This document shows positions 31,658 to 42,344 of a stretch of DNA of 64,000 bases, in pieces (the first letter of the stretch is position 1; every line of letters starts with the position of its first letter). The notes below the pieces were generated by a model. It was not told where the DNA came from. It worked only from the letters and a program-made list of their open reading frames with translations, and did no database searches. The stretch is from Candidatus Multivorans sp. (GTDB taxonomy: Bacteria > Acidobacteriota > Thermoanaerobaculia > Multivoradales > Multivoraceae). A program made the translations under genes and the position numbers. The DNA is taken from the NCBI GenBank assembly GCA_965224025.1, contig OZ245033.1, forward strand, positions 3,776,001 to 3,840,000. Reading direction: 5' to 3'.

Positions 31658-34600
31658 ATGGGACGTAGACTCGCGGTCATGAGACGTCTACTCCGCTGCC
31701 CCAGTCCTTCGTTCAAGCTCGCTGGCACCCTGCCCAACCGGTTCCCCGAACCGGCTCGCCGCCTGTGCGTGCTTCTACCAGCCCTTGCCTCGTTCCTGGT
31801 CGCCCTCGCCGCCGCCCCGGCCCCGGCCGTCGCCGACGACGACGAGGCGAAGTGGGACGTGAACGACCCTCCCGGCGACGAGTACGAGTTCGAGCTCGAT
31901 GTGACCGAGGGCACCTGGATGAGTCTCGATCTGTCACCGGACGGCGAGCGGATCGCATTCGACCTGCTCGGCGACCTCTACCTGCTGCCGATCGGCGGCG
32001 GCGACGCGGAAGCACTGACGAACGGAATGGCGTGGGACATGATGCCCCGCTTCAGCCCGGACGGCTCCGACATCGCCTTCATCAGCGATCGTAGCGGCGG
32101 CGACAACGTCTGGACGATTCCCGCGGACGGCGGCGAGCCGAAGCAGGTCAGCCGTGAGGACTTCCGCCTGGTCAACAACCCGGTGTGGAGCCCCGACGGG
32201 CGTTTTGTCGCCGCCCGGAAGCACTTCGTCTCGACCCGCTCCCTCGGCAGCGGCGAGATCTGGCTCTACCATGCGAGCGGCGAGGGAGGCGGCCTGCAGT
32301 TGAACGAGAAGCCGAACGATCAGAAAGACTTGGGCGAACCTGCCTTTTCGCCCGATGGGCGATATGTCTACTTCAGCCAGGACACGACGCCTGGCGGCAC
32401 GTTCCAGTACGGCAAGAACTCGGCCGAGGGCATCTACTCCATCCGTCGCATCGACCGGGAGACCGGCGAGATCGAGACGGTGATCTCGGGGCCCGGCGGC
32501 GCCGTGAGGCCGACACCGTCGCCGGACGGGAAATACCTCGCCTTCGTGCGCCGGGTGCGCTTCCAGAGCCATCTGTTCCTGCACGATCTGCAAAGCGGAG
32601 AGAACGTCCCCATCTACGATGCTCTCGACCGCGACATGCAGGAGATCTGGGCGGTTCACGGCGTGTACTCCAGCATGGCCTGGACGCCGGATAGCCGATC
32701 GATCGTCTTCTGGGCCCGCGGCGGCCTGCACCGGATCGACATCGAGAGCCGGGAGGCTCAGGAGATTCCCTTCCGCGTCCGCGCGACCCACCGGATGAAG
32801 GAAGCGCTCGCCTTCGACTTCGAAGCGGCGCCGGAGACCTTCCGGACGAAGATGCTGCGCTGGACCCAGGTCTCCCCCGCCGGCGACCAGGTCATCTTCC
32901 AGACCCTGGGCCGGCTGTGGACGCGCAGCCGCAACCCGGCAACGGGCGAGGTCGGCGAGGCCCGGCGGCTAACCACCCAGGACGATCACTTCGAGTTCTT
33001 CCCGTCCTGGTCCCGCGACGGGAAATGGGTCGTCTATGTGAGCTGGCACGACGAGGACGTCGGCGCGGTCCGGATCGCGCCCGCTTCCGGCGGCGAGGGA
33101 CGGAAGCTCACGCCCGATCCCGGCTTCTACGTCGAACCGGTCTTCTCGCCGGACGGCGGCACGGTCGTCTACCGCAAGAGCCGCGGCGGCGGCATCCTGA
33201 GTCCGTTGTGGTCGAAGGATCCGGGGCTCTACCGAATCCATGCCGGCGGTGAGAGCGCACCAGTGCGCATATCCCGGTCCGGCTCCAGCCCGCACTTCGG
33301 CGCCGACTCGAGCCGCGTCTACTTCACCGCCCCGGAGCGCTGGGACCGGCAGGTACTCCGCAGCGTGCCACTGATGAGTGCCGGCGAAGCAGAGGTGCGC
33401 GATCATGTCGGCAGCAAGGTCGCCACCGAGATGCGGGTCAGCCCCGACGGCCGCTGGCTCGCGTTCGCCGAACGGTTCGATGCCCACGTCGTGCCTTTTG
33501 TGCCCGCCTCGAAGGCGATCGAGGTTGGACCGAGCACGCCCGGACTACCGGTTCGGAACGTCTCCACCGACGACGCCGCCTACCTGCATTTCTCGGGCGA
33601 CAGCTCGACGCTCTACTGGTCACTGGGGCCGGAGTTGTTCGAGAGGCGACTCGCGGACGCCTTTGCGCTCGCGGACGACGAGGATGAAGAGGACGGCGAA
33701 GGCAAGGACGGCGAAGAAGAGGACGGCGAAGGCAACGAGGCGGACAACTCCAGCGACGGGCAGGACGAGCCTGCCGCCGGCCTCGACCTCGGCTTCGAGG
33801 TGGACGCCTACCGTCCAGATGGCGTGACCGCGATCACGAACGCCCGCCTGATCACGATGGCCGGCGAGGACAACATGGAGATCATTCGCCGCGGCACCGT
33901 CATCGTCGACGGCGACCGGATCGCCGCAGTAGGCCCGTCCCGGCAGGTCGACGTGCCGGACGGCGCGACGGTCATCGACGCCTCGGGCCTGACCGTCATG
34001 CCCGGCCTGATCGACGTCCACTGGCACGGGCCGCAGGGCAGCCAGGAGATCATCCCGCAGCAGAACTCGGAGCTCTACGCCTCGCTCACCTTCGGCGTGA
34101 CAACGGCTCACGACCCCTCGACCGACACCAGCACCTTCTTCGCCGCCAGCGAGATGCAGCGCGCCGGCGAGATCGTGGGACCCCGGCTGTTCGCCACCGG
34201 CACGATCCTCTACGGCGCCTTCGGCGCCTTCCGCGCCATTGTCGAGACGCCGGACGACGCGGTCCAGCACCTGCGCCGGTTGCAGAAGGTCGGCGCCGTC
34301 AGCGTCAAGAGCTACAACCAACCGCGCCGCGACCAGCGCCAGAAGATCGTCGCCGCGGCGCAGGATCTCGGCATGCTGGTCGTCAATGAAGGCGGCGCCC
34401 TCTTCCAGCACAACATGACGATGGTCGCCGACGGCCACACCGGCATCGAGCACTCGCTCTCGGTGGGCGCGATCTACGACGACGTGATCCAGTTCTGGGG
34501 CAGCAGCCGGGTCGGCAACACCCCCACCCTCGGCGTCGCCTACGGCGGCATCCAGGGCGAGGACTACTGGTACGAGCACACCGACGTCTGGGCCAACGAA

Positions 34601-35062
34601 CGGCTGCTGAACTATGTACCGCGGGAAGAGATCGATGCCCGCTCCCGCCGCCGGCAGAAGGCGCCGGACGGCGAGTACAACCACATCCTGACCGCTCGCG
34701 TGGTGAACGACCTCGACCAGGCCGGCGTACCGATCATGCTCGGCGCCCACGGCCAGCGCGAGGGCCTCGCCGCCCACTGGGAGATGTGGATGTTCGAGCA
34801 GGGCGGGATGAGCCCGCACCGGGCACTGATTGCCGGGACGATCAACGGCGCCCGCTACCTCGGCATGGAGGCCGACCTCGGCTCCCTCGAAGCCGGCAAG
34901 CTCGCCGACCTGATCGTCCTCGAGCAGAACCCGCTCGAGAACCTGCGAAGCTCGGAACTCGTCCGCTACGTCATGGTCGGCGGCCGGTTGTTCGACGCCC
35001 TGTCGATGAACGAGATCGCGGGCGAGAAGCGGCAGCGCAAGCCGTTCTGGTTCCAGCGGTAG
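31658..35062 (+). CDS. Secreted TolB/PD40-propeller plus amidohydrolase fusion protein (start uncertain)
   Basis: Repeated PxFSPDG, PGLIDVHWH, GSLEAGKLADL. Confidence 0.9.
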   Translation: MGRRLAVMRRLLRCPSPSFKLAGTLPNRFPEPARRLCVLLPALASFLVALAAAPAPAVADDDEAKWDVNDPPGDEYEFELDVTEGTWMSLDLSPDGERIAFDLLGDLYLLPIGGGDAEALTNGMAWDMMPRFSPDGSDIAFISDRSGGDNVWTIPADGGEPKQVSREDFRLVNNPVWSPDGRFVAARKHFVSTRSLGSGEIWLYHASGEGGGLQLNEKPNDQKDLGEPAFSPDGRYVYFSQDTTPGGTFQYGKNSAEGIYSIRRIDRETGEIETVISGPGGAVRPTPSPDGKYLAFVRRVRFQSHLFLHDLQSGENVPIYDALDRDMQEIWAVHGVYSSMAWTPDSRSIVFWARGGLHRIDIESREAQEIPFRVRATHRMKEALAFDFEAAPETFRTKMLRWTQVSPAGDQVIFQTLGRLWTRSRNPATGEVGEARRLTTQDDHFEFFPSWSRDGKWVVYVSWHDEDVGAVRIAPASGGEGRKLTPDPGFYVEPVFSPDGGTVVYRKSRGGGILSPLWSKDPGLYRIHAGGESAPVRISRSGSSPHFGADSSRVYFTAPERWDRQVLRSVPLMSAGEAEVRDHVGSKVATEMRVSPDGRWLAFAERFDAHVVPFVPASKAIEVGPSTPGLPVRNVSTDDAAYLHFSGDSSTLYWSLGPELFERRLADAFALADDEDEEDGEGKDGEEEDGEGNEADNSSDGQDEPAAGLDLGFEVDAYRPDGVTAITNARLITMAGEDNMEIIRRGTVIVDGDRIAAVGPSRQVDVPDGATVIDASGLTVMPGLIDVHWHGPQGSQEIIPQQNSELYASLTFGVTTAHDPSTDTSTFFAASEMQRAGEIVGPRLFATGTILYGAFGAFRAIVETPDDAVQHLRRLQKVGAVSVKSYNQPRRDQRQKIVAAAQDLGMLVVNEGGALFQHNMTMVADGHTGIEHSLSVGAIYDDVIQFWGSSRVGNTPTLGVAYGGIQGEDYWYEHTDVWANERLLNYVPREEIDARSRRRQKAPDGEYNHILTARVVNDLDQAGVPIMLGAHGQREGLAAHWEMWMFEQGGMSPHRALIAGTINGARYLGMEADLGSLEAGKLADLIVLEQNPLENLRSSELVRYVMVGGRLFDALSMNEIAGEKRQRKPFWFQR

Positions 35063-35078
35063 CGGCCTGCCGCACACC

Positions 35079-35543
35079 ATGCAGCGGCTGGAGATCCGCC
35101 CCTACCGCGAATCGGACGAAGATGCCGTGGTCGCGTTGTGGTACGAGTGCGGGTTGGTCAGGCCGTGGAACGATCCGATCAAGGACATCGGACGCAAAGT
35201 GCGGATCCAACGGGATCTGTTTCTGGTCGGATTCATTGACGGCCAGCTCATCGCGACCGTCATGGCGGGCTACGAAGGCCACCGCGGTTGGATCAACTAT
35301 CTGGCGGTTGCCACGGACAGCCGAAAACGGGGATTCGGACGGCTCCTGATGGACAAGGCCGAAGCACGGCTGCGCGAGATGGGCTCTCCCAAGATCAGCC
35401 TGCGGGTCAGGAGGTCGAACGCCGAGGCCGCCGAGTTCTATCGCTCGATCGGATACGCGGAAGACGATGTTCTGAGCATGGGCAAGCGCCTAGTCGAAGA
35501 CGGAGACGCCCAGGCAAACGAGCGACTGCTGAGTTACACGTAG
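35079..35543 (+). CDS. GNAT acetyltransferase (YpeA-like)
   Basis: MAGYEGHRGWINYLAV, RKRGFG. Confidence 0.9.
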   Translation: MQRLEIRPYRESDEDAVVALWYECGLVRPWNDPIKDIGRKVRIQRDLFLVGFIDGQLIATVMAGYEGHRGWINYLAVATDSRKRGFGRLLMDKAEARLREMGSPKISLRVRRSNAEAAEFYRSIGYAEDDVLSMGKRLVEDGDAQANERLLSYT

Positions 35544-35603
35544 CAGGAGGAGGTCGACGCTCGCGCCCACCGCCGCCAGAAAGCGCCGGGAGGCGTTCCG
35601 GCG

Positions 35604-36245
35604 CTAAGGCTGAGCGTCTCCCAGCGCCTCGAGGGCAGCTAGCCAGCCGTCGAACCGAGTGCACTCGCCACGGATGGTCTCCAAGCCGATCTTGCGAGCG
35701 ATGCGCGGACCGTGAACTGCTTTCTGGTAACGGGCCAGGGCCTTCTTGATTCGCTTGCTCGGCGCAGTGGCGGCGCTGTCGTTGATGTCCTCGGGCGAAG
35801 CGAATCGAGCGCGGGCGTCAAGAAGCTCGGCTACGGCGGCCTCCTGCGCAGCGGGCACGGACCTGAACGCCTCAGGGCGCGAGAACAGCAGTCCCTCAAA
35901 CTCGTGGAGTTGCACGTACGGGATGACGCACCGTGCTCGCGGACCGAGCTCTCCTCGAAGCTCCTCGCGCAAATCCGCGACCAACTCGTCCGCCGTCCGG
36001 TCCCGTTTACCGCGAAACCCGTAGAAGTCGACCAGCGATGTCACGGCATCGAAGTTGTGTGACAGGAGCCTCATTTCGGCGATCAGCGCCGATTCGGAAA
36101 CGTTGCCGCCCTTCCATCGGTTGCGGGCGCTACCCACCTGAACCGGCGTCACGTCCACGCCAAACGGCTTGAGGTGCTCCTTGAGAACGTCCTTGGCGAA
36201 CTCTTCCTCAGTCTGTCCCTCTACCGAGATCGCGAGCCGGATCAA
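35604..36245 (-). CDS. DUF4276-like (TOPRIM-fold-like) protein
   Basis: VEGQTEEEF, LVDFYG, HEFEGLLFS, PEDIND, TAPSKRI; TTGA overlap with the ATPase stop. Confidence 0.85.
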   Translation of the reverse strand: MIRLAISVEGQTEEEFAKDVLKEHLKPFGVDVTPVQVGSARNRWKGGNVSESALIAEMRLLSHNFDAVTSLVDFYGFRGKRDRTADELVADLREELRGELGPRARCVIPYVQLHEFEGLLFSRPEAFRSVPAAQEAAVAELLDARARFASPEDINDSAATAPSKRIKKALARYQKAVHGPRIARKIGLETIRGECTRFDGWLAALEALGDAQP

Positions 36246-37375
36246 GGGCGGCCGCCGAGGAGGTTCTTCTGCCACAGCTCACCGGGCGTGAAGTCCTCGT
36301 CGAGCCAGACTCGGTAGTCGTCCGAAGACAACTTGCGAACCTCCGTTCGGCCTTCGCGCAGTTCCAGGACGAAGATCTCCTCGAGATCGAAGGCGTCCAC
36401 GAGCAGGGGTGACTGAGTGGCCAGGATGACCTGTCGCTCTTCCGCCAAGGACCTGATCATCCCGCCCAGGAGAGTGATCGCCGCGGGATGAAGCCCCAGT
36501 TCCGGCTCGTCGAAGAGCAGCACGTTCGGCAGCATCTCGGCCGGCAGATTCAGTAAGGCGACGAGAGCAAAGAACCGCAAAGAGCCATCGGATGTCAGGT
36601 GCGCCCCGAACGTCTTGTCCGCTCCCCTGGCCTTCCACCGCAAAGCCACGCTCCCGTAGCTCTCGTGAAGCTCGAAGTGGTCGAAGCCGGGAAGGATGCG
36701 GCCGATCTGCTCGCAGATCAACTCGTAGCGGTCGAGATCCTCCCGCTCCAGCCGGAGGAGGACCGCGGCGAGGTTGCCGCCGTGGGAGCGAAGGTAGTTG
36801 TTGTCAGTCGCGTCCCACTCCTTCTTGAAGTTCGACTCGTCCGAGGTGTCGTGGAACTGATAGACCGCGCAGCCGCGTAGAAGATGAACGATGACCCGGG
36901 CAGTCCTTTCATTGACGCCCGGGTAGGAACCGGATTGGGCCGCGCGAACGATCTCAGCCTCTCGATTGCCGTTCTCGAGATACTGCCAAGGCGCCTCGCT
37001 CGCCACGTCGCCGCTGCTGAACCGGAAGCCCTCCTCGGAGAAGAAGAGACGGTCGCCTTGGGCGTAGCTGAGCGCGAAACGGTAGTCGTTCCTTCCCGCC
37101 TCCGTCCGAAGCGACAGCTCGGCCTTCATGCGCGGAGTCGTCCGATTGCCTCCGTACAGTTGATCGTCGGCACGGCCGTGCTTCTCGACGAACGCGCCGA
37201 GCCGGCGAGGTCCGAGCATCCAACTCAGCATCTCGAAGAAGCGAATGAAGTTCGACTTGCCGGCACCGTTGGCGCCGATCAGAACCGCCGCTCCGGGCAG
37301 ACCGCGGAGTTCGACATCGGCCAGCGAACGGAAGCCGCGCACTTGAACGCGTTCGATCGGAGCGCCAGCGGCCAT
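36242..37375 (-). CDS. ABC-type AAA ATPase (AAA_21-like)
   Basis: GFRSL, GANGAGKSN, SDGSLR, DEPELGLHP, ATQSP. Confidence 0.92.
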   Translation of the reverse strand: MAAGAPIERVQVRGFRSLADVELRGLPGAAVLIGANGAGKSNFIRFFEMLSWMLGPRRLGAFVEKHGRADDQLYGGNRTTPRMKAELSLRTEAGRNDYRFALSYAQGDRLFFSEEGFRFSSGDVASEAPWQYLENGNREAEIVRAAQSGSYPGVNERTARVIVHLLRGCAVYQFHDTSDESNFKKEWDATDNNYLRSHGGNLAAVLLRLEREDLDRYELICEQIGRILPGFDHFELHESYGSVALRWKARGADKTFGAHLTSDGSLRFFALVALLNLPAEMLPNVLLFDEPELGLHPAAITLLGGMIRSLAEERQVILATQSPLLVDAFDLEEIFVLELREGRTEVRKLSSDDYRVWLDEDFTPGELWQKNLLGGRP

Positions 37376-37696
37376 CAGACGGTGCTCTCTTTCAACTCTA
37401 CAGAGGCTTCTTCAAGCCCCGGACCTTCTCGATGGTCTTGCGCACCGATTCCAGATCGCTCAAGGCCGCGCTCCGGTGTGAAGTGAGGATGATCAACGGA
37501 AGCGGAGAGTATCAAGGCGAAGTTCAGAGGCTTCGCTTCGGCCCACGACAGGATTGCCTCCGGCATCTCACGGATTGCGGGTGCTCATTCCGTGGAACGG
37601 CTCTCGGCGCCGGGATCGAGTGGCCTACTCGTACCGCCTCGAGGTTTGAACCACTCCCGCGCATCCTCTTGGGGGCAAGCGCTCAGGCGGCTTCAT
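37375..37696 (-). pseudogene. HEPN-domain toxin remnant
   Basis: MKPPERLPP / EDAREWF / ATRxPG-like / AILSWAE fragments in shifting frames after the MNT gene. Confidence 0.6.
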
Positions 37697-37997
37697 ACAC
37701 GATCCGTCCCTCGGCCAACGCCGGCTTGTAGACCAAGCCGAGACTGTCCTTGTAGCGCTCCAGGTCCGTGGGCGTAACGAGAATCGCATCGACAGGCACG
37801 CCCACACCTGCCAGCCGCTCGTACACCTGAGCCGCAACGTCTGACCGATCTCCGCCTTCGGCAACGACGAGAAGGTCTACATCGCTCTGCGGGCCATCGT
37901 CACCGCGAGCCGCCGAACCGAACAGGATGACCTTCTCAGGCTCTGCCACGTCGACTACGCGACGGATGATCTCGTCGAGCTCTTCCTGATCGACCAC
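37683..37997 (-). CDS. Minimal nucleotidyltransferase (MNT antitoxin)
   Basis: VILFGSAARG...SDVDLLVV. Confidence 0.9.
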   Translation of the reverse strand: MVDQEELDEIIRRVVDVAEPEKVILFGSAARGDDGPQSDVDLLVVAEGGDRSDVAAQVYERLAGVGVPVDAILVTPTDLERYKDSLGLVYKPALAEGRIVYEAA

Positions 37998-38092
37998 TTC
38001 CAGCGTCTCCCTCGCGAAGCCTACGCCGCTTCAAGACCACGGCTCGACTGCCCTTTCGGACAAGGAACCCGGGCTGCGCGTCGCGGCCCGCT

Positions 38093-39121
38093 TCAGACCC
38101 GTGCCAGCATGTCCGCAACCGCTTGCTCTGTCGTCGAGTCTCCGTCGCGGTCGGGGGTTCGAGGGCCGGCCGCCCGGTGCTCAGCGAGGACCTCCTGGAC
38201 ACGGACTGCGCCGTCGGCAAGACCGACCCGTTGCAGCAAGAGCGCAGCGGCGGCCACGGCGGCGACCGGATTCGCGATCCCCCGTCCCGCAATGTCCGGC
38301 GCACTGCCGTGAACCGGTTCGGCCAGGCAGAAGCGTTCGCCGCAGTTGGCCGAGCCGACGACGCCCAGGCCGCCGACCAGGGCGGCGCCGGCGTCGCTCA
38401 GGATGTCGCCGTACAGGTTCGGCGCGACGATCACGTCGTAGCGCTCCGGCTCCAGGATGAGCCGGTAGACCATGGAGTCGACGAGCTGCTCCTCGACCTC
38501 GATCTCCGGGAAGCCAGCCGCGACATCGAGCGCCGTCTCGCGGAACAGGCCGTCGCTGACGCGAAGCACGTTGGCCTTGTGGATGACGGTGAGGCGGGCT
38601 GAGTTGCCGCGCTGGGCGGCGCGGGACAGCCCCAGCTCGCAGGCGAACCGCGTGATCCGTTCCGTCGCTCGCCGGCTGATCACCCGCTCGGCGATGGCCA
38701 CTTCGCCATCCCGTTCCCAGCGTTCGCGGCCGGCGTAGAGACCTTCCGTGTTCTCACGGACCACAACGGCGTCGACGGCGCCTCCGCGGAGCGGCCGGAC
38801 GTTTGCGTAGAGATCGAGACGACGCCGTAGCTCCACGATCGGACTCCGGTAGCCGTCAACCGCATGGCCCGGTGACGAGACGGCGCCGAACAGCGCGCCG
38901 GCGCAGCCCTCCAGGATCTCGACCGTGGCGTCGGGCAGCGCCGTACCGGTCCGCTCGAAGGTCCGCCAGCCCATCTCGGCTTCGACCCATTCGATCCGGT
39001 CGCCGCAGACGGCGTCGACGACTCGCACGGCGGCGGCGACGACCTCGGGGCCGACGCCGTCGCCGCCGATCCGGGCGAGGCGGACCGGCGCCGTCGTCGA
39101 ATCGTTGGAGCTCCGCGTCAC
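38093..39121 (-). CDS. Homoisocitrate/isopropylmalate dehydrogenase family protein
   Basis: [39 protein letters not shown]. Confidence 0.92.
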   Translation of the reverse strand: MTRSSNDSTTAPVRLARIGGDGVGPEVVAAAVRVVDAVCGDRIEWVEAEMGWRTFERTGTALPDATVEILEGCAGALFGAVSSPGHAVDGYRSPIVELRRRLDLYANVRPLRGGAVDAVVVRENTEGLYAGRERWERDGEVAIAERVISRRATERITRFACELGLSRAAQRGNSARLTVIHKANVLRVSDGLFRETALDVAAGFPEIEVEEQLVDSMVYRLILEPERYDVIVAPNLYGDILSDAGAALVGGLGVVGSANCGERFCLAEPVHGSAPDIAGRGIANPVAAVAAAALLLQRVGLADGAVRVQEVLAEHRAAGPRTPDRDGDSTTEQAVADMLARV

Positions 39122-39714
39122 GGTGCGGCTACCCCTCCCGCCAGACGCAGCTTCGTCTGCTCGATCAGACCGCCGGCGGCGATCATCGACCGGACGGCCG
39201 GACTGAACTCGGCGAAGACGAACTGTTGCGGCGCGGATCCGGATGCGGGCGAGACGCCCGCGTTCCCCGGTCCCGAACCGGCTTTCTCCCCGCCACCGGC
39301 ACAGCGGATCACCGAGCCCTCCAGATCGACCTCCACTTCGGCCCCCTCCTCCAACGCATCGACCGCCTCGGGACAGACAATCGCCAGCAAACCGCTGTTC
39401 AGAGCGTTGCGGTAGAAGATGCGACCGAAGCTGCGGGCGATCACCGCGCCGACGCCGGCGTAGCGGAGGCAGACCGCGGCCTGCTCGCGGCTCGAACCGC
39501 AGCCCCAGTTCCAGCCGGCGACGATCACGTCACCGTGCCGGACCCTTTCGACGAACGTCGGGTCGAGGTCTTCCAGCGCATGGGGGGCGACCTCCTCCGG
39601 CCGGCTCTTCGTGTAGGTGTAGCGGCCCGGGAAGATGACATCCGTGTTCACGTGATCGCCGTAGCGGAAGACCCGGCCGCAGAAGGGCCTGATGACATCG
39701 ACCGGACCGCTCAT
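39118..39714 (-). CDS. Homoaconitase/isopropylmalate isomerase small subunit
   Basis: [31 protein letters not shown]. Confidence 0.92.
   Translation of the reverse strand: MSGPVDVIRPFCGRVFRYGDHVNTDVIFPGRYTYTKSRPEEVAPHALEDLDPTFVERVRHGDVIVAGWNWGCGSSREQAAVCLRYAGVGAVIARSFGRIFYRNALNSGLLAIVCPEAVDALEEGAEVEVDLEGSVIRCAGGGEKAGSGPGNAGVSPASGSAPQQFVFAEFSPAVRSMIAAGGLIEQTKLRLAGGVAAP
39239..39267 (-). repeat. Palindromic element copy 2, in frame within the small-subunit gene
   Basis: Identical to 23855..23883; encodes the same [10 protein letters not shown]. Confidence 0.85.
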
Positions 39715-41066
39715 TCCGCGACCTCCCGCGGGTGGACGATCCGGCCCGCGACCGCGCTCGCCGCGACCACCGCGGGCGACGCCAGGTAGATCTCCGCGCC
39801 ACGGTCGCCCATGCGACCCTGGAAGTTCCGGTTGGCGCTGGAGATGCAGACTTCGCCCGGCGCCAGCACGCCGAGGTGGTTGCCCATGCAGGGGCCGCAG
39901 CCCGGAGTGCCGAAGACGGCGCCGGCGGCGGCGAGGTCGGCCACCCAGCCGCGCGCCAGCGCTTCGTTCCAGACCTCGCTCGAGGCCGGGACGATGACCA
40001 TTCGGGTTCCCCGCGCTAGCCGCCGGCCGGCCATCACTTCCCGAACCGCGCCGAGATCCTCCAGGCGGCCGTTCGTGCACGTGCCGATGAACGCCTGGTC
40101 CACTCGTACCGAATCAAGCTCTCCGACCGCGACGGTGTCGTCCACCTGGTGCGGGCGCGCCACCCGGGGTTCCACCCCGGACAGATCCAGCAGATGCTCG
40201 GCCACGTAGTCAGCGTCTGGATCGGGGTAGAGCGCCCGCTCCTCAAGTCGCGCCGCAACCGCCGCCGCAGTCTCGCCGGGCTCGGCGCCGCGGCCCGGTC
40301 GCCGTCCTGGACGCGCGATGAGCCGCTCGGCCAGGTAGTCGAACACCGCCCCATCCGGCGGCATGTACGCGTTCTTCGCCCCCATCTCGGCCATCATGTT
40401 GACCAGCGCTGCACGGGAGTCGAGGCTCAGAGCCGCGATCCCCGGTCCGCTGAACTCGACGCTCCGGTAGAGCGCGCCGTCGGCGCCCAGGTCGCCGATC
40501 AGCGTCAGCGCCGCGTCCTTCGTCGTGACCCACTCGCCGAGCGCGCCCTCAAGCCCGATTCGCAGCGACTCCGGCACTCGTAGCCAGAGTTCCCCGGTGG
40601 CCCACAACACGGCCATCTCGCTCCGACCGACGCCGGCGCCGAACACCCCCAGCCAGCCGAAGTGCGGGGTATGGGAATCCGAGCCGAGAATCGCGTCTCC
40701 CGGCAGCACGACCGCCTCCTCGCTCAGGACCTGGTGGCAAATGCCGCGACCGACCTCGAAGAAGTGCCCGACGCCCTGCTCGGCGACGAAGGCCCGGACC
40801 TCGGCGTGGTTCCGGGCGTGACGCACGGTCGGCGCCGGCACGGCGTGGTCGAGGGTGACGGCCATCCTCTCCGGGATCGTGACCCGCGGCTGCCCGAACT
40901 GCCGCCAGATCTCGGCGATCGGCGCGGTGTTGTCGTGGCTGAGCACGATGTCGGGCCGCGCGTCGACGATCTCGTCGACCGCGATCGTAGCCTGGCCACT
41001 GGCCCGCGCCAGGGCCTTCTGCGCGAAGGTGTAGGCCGTGTCGGCCGGCCGACAGCGTTCGCTCAC
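39711..41066 (-). CDS. Homoaconitase/isopropylmalate isomerase large subunit
   Basis: [34 protein letters not shown]; GTGA overlap. Confidence 0.93.
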   Translation of the reverse strand: MSERCRPADTAYTFAQKALARASGQATIAVDEIVDARPDIVLSHDNTAPIAEIWRQFGQPRVTIPERMAVTLDHAVPAPTVRHARNHAEVRAFVAEQGVGHFFEVGRGICHQVLSEEAVVLPGDAILGSDSHTPHFGWLGVFGAGVGRSEMAVLWATGELWLRVPESLRIGLEGALGEWVTTKDAALTLIGDLGADGALYRSVEFSGPGIAALSLDSRAALVNMMAEMGAKNAYMPPDGAVFDYLAERLIARPGRRPGRGAEPGETAAAVAARLEERALYPDPDADYVAEHLLDLSGVEPRVARPHQVDDTVAVGELDSVRVDQAFIGTCTNGRLEDLGAVREVMAGRRLARGTRMVIVPASSEVWNEALARGWVADLAAAGAVFGTPGCGPCMGNHLGVLAPGEVCISSANRNFQGRMGDRGAEIYLASPAVVAASAVAGRIVHPREVAE

Positions 41067-42244
41067 CCGGCTGCTCCGGCGACCGCCGGCGCCGGCTGCC
41101 CCGTGTGGTAGCTGCGCAGCAGCGTGTCCACGTCCGAGAGACTGAGCGGCTTCTCGTCCGCCAGCGCCTTGATGTGAGCTGTGATCTCCTTGATCTGCGC
41201 GTCGCCCAGATCGAGACGCAACTGCTCGACACGGGACTTGATCGCGTTCCACCCGGTCAGCCGGTGGGCCACGTGGACGTATCGGTCGAGCCCGAAGTCG
41301 GCCGGATCGAGGATCTCGTAGCTCGAGGGGTGGTTGAGGATCGCCTTCGCGTGAATGCCGGCCTTGTGGGTGAAGGCGGTGTAGCCGGTGATGTAGTTGT
41401 TGAACGGCACGTCGACCTCGACCAGGGAGGCGACGTAGTTCTCGATCTCGCGCAGAAGCGGCAGGTCGTAGCGCGCACGGATCGCTTCCGGATCCTCCGC
41501 GTAGAAGCGCGCCACCAGGCCTCCGAGCGGCGTGATTCCGTTCCGCTCGCCGATCCCGAGCACCGACGTGTCGACGTGTGTCGCCCCCGCCTCCAGAGCG
41601 CAGAACGCGTTGGCTACCGCGCAGCCGGTGTCGTTGTGGCCGTGAAACTCGATGTCGCAGTCCACTTCCTGCCGCAGGCGGCGAACCAGGTCGTAGACCT
41701 GCCTGGGACTCGCCACCCCCACGGTGTCGGCGACGCCGACGCGGTGCACACCGACGGCGTTTACCGCCCGGTAGGCCCGAATCAGGTCCGCCAGATCGCT
41801 GCGGAACGAGTCCTCGGTGCTGAAGCGCACCTCGACATCGTGCGATCGGATGTACTGGACGACCTCGACCGCGGTCTCGATCACCTCGTCCATGCTCTTG
41901 CCGTGCGAGTACTCCCGCAGGTAACGGGAGGTGCCGAACACGACGTCGATGCCGTCGACGCCGGTCTCGAGAGCCAGTTTCGCGTCCTCCAGGTGACAGC
42001 GCGTATGGGTCAGCACCTTGGCCCGCAGGCCCAGCCTCGCCACCCGTTCGCAGTCGTCCCGGCTACGGCGGCTGGCCGCCGGCGAAGTCAGCTCGATGTA
42101 CTCGACCCCGAAGGCGTCCAGCAGACACGCGATCTCCACCTTCTGGTCGCTGTCGAAGAAGGCGTTGGCGAACTGCTCGCCTTCGCGCAGGGTCGATTCG
42201 ATAATCGCGGGTTGAGACTCGATGGTTGCCGGATGAGAGGCCAT
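41063..42244 (-). CDS. Homocitrate synthase (fungal/Thermus type)
   Basis: [48 protein letters not shown]; no LeuA regulatory domain. Confidence 0.92.
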   Translation of the reverse strand: MASHPATIESQPAIIESTLREGEQFANAFFDSDQKVEIACLLDAFGVEYIELTSPAASRRSRDDCERVARLGLRAKVLTHTRCHLEDAKLALETGVDGIDVVFGTSRYLREYSHGKSMDEVIETAVEVVQYIRSHDVEVRFSTEDSFRSDLADLIRAYRAVNAVGVHRVGVADTVGVASPRQVYDLVRRLRQEVDCDIEFHGHNDTGCAVANAFCALEAGATHVDTSVLGIGERNGITPLGGLVARFYAEDPEAIRARYDLPLLREIENYVASLVEVDVPFNNYITGYTAFTHKAGIHAKAILNHPSSYEILDPADFGLDRYVHVAHRLTGWNAIKSRVEQLRLDLGDAQIKEITAHIKALADEKPLSLSDVDTLLRSYHTGQPAPAVAGAAG

Positions 42245-42249
42245 GCAGT

Positions 42250-42290
42250 GTTCCTCTGGTTACAGAAGGGTTCCTCTAGTTACAGAAAGG
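42250..42290. repeat. 20-bp tandem duplication containing the homocitrate synthase RBS
   Basis: GTTCCTCTGGTTACAGAAGG followed by GTTCCTCTAGTTACAGAAAG. Confidence 0.85.
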
Positions 42291-42320
42291 CCGGCGCATC
42301 CCAGAACTGGATGGCCGGCC
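42284..42320 (-). terminator. Attenuator-like hairpin in the lysine operon leader
   Basis: GGCCGGCCATCC...GGATG(C)GCCGGCC followed by TTTCT. Confidence 0.6.
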
Positions 42321-42344
42321 GGAAGGTCTTTCGATGAAAGGACT

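Noticed and set aside
33670-33770. Short direct repeats (GAAGAGGACGGCGAAGGCAA x2)
   Set aside because: They encode an acidic low-complexity linker; not a CRISPR or mobile repeat
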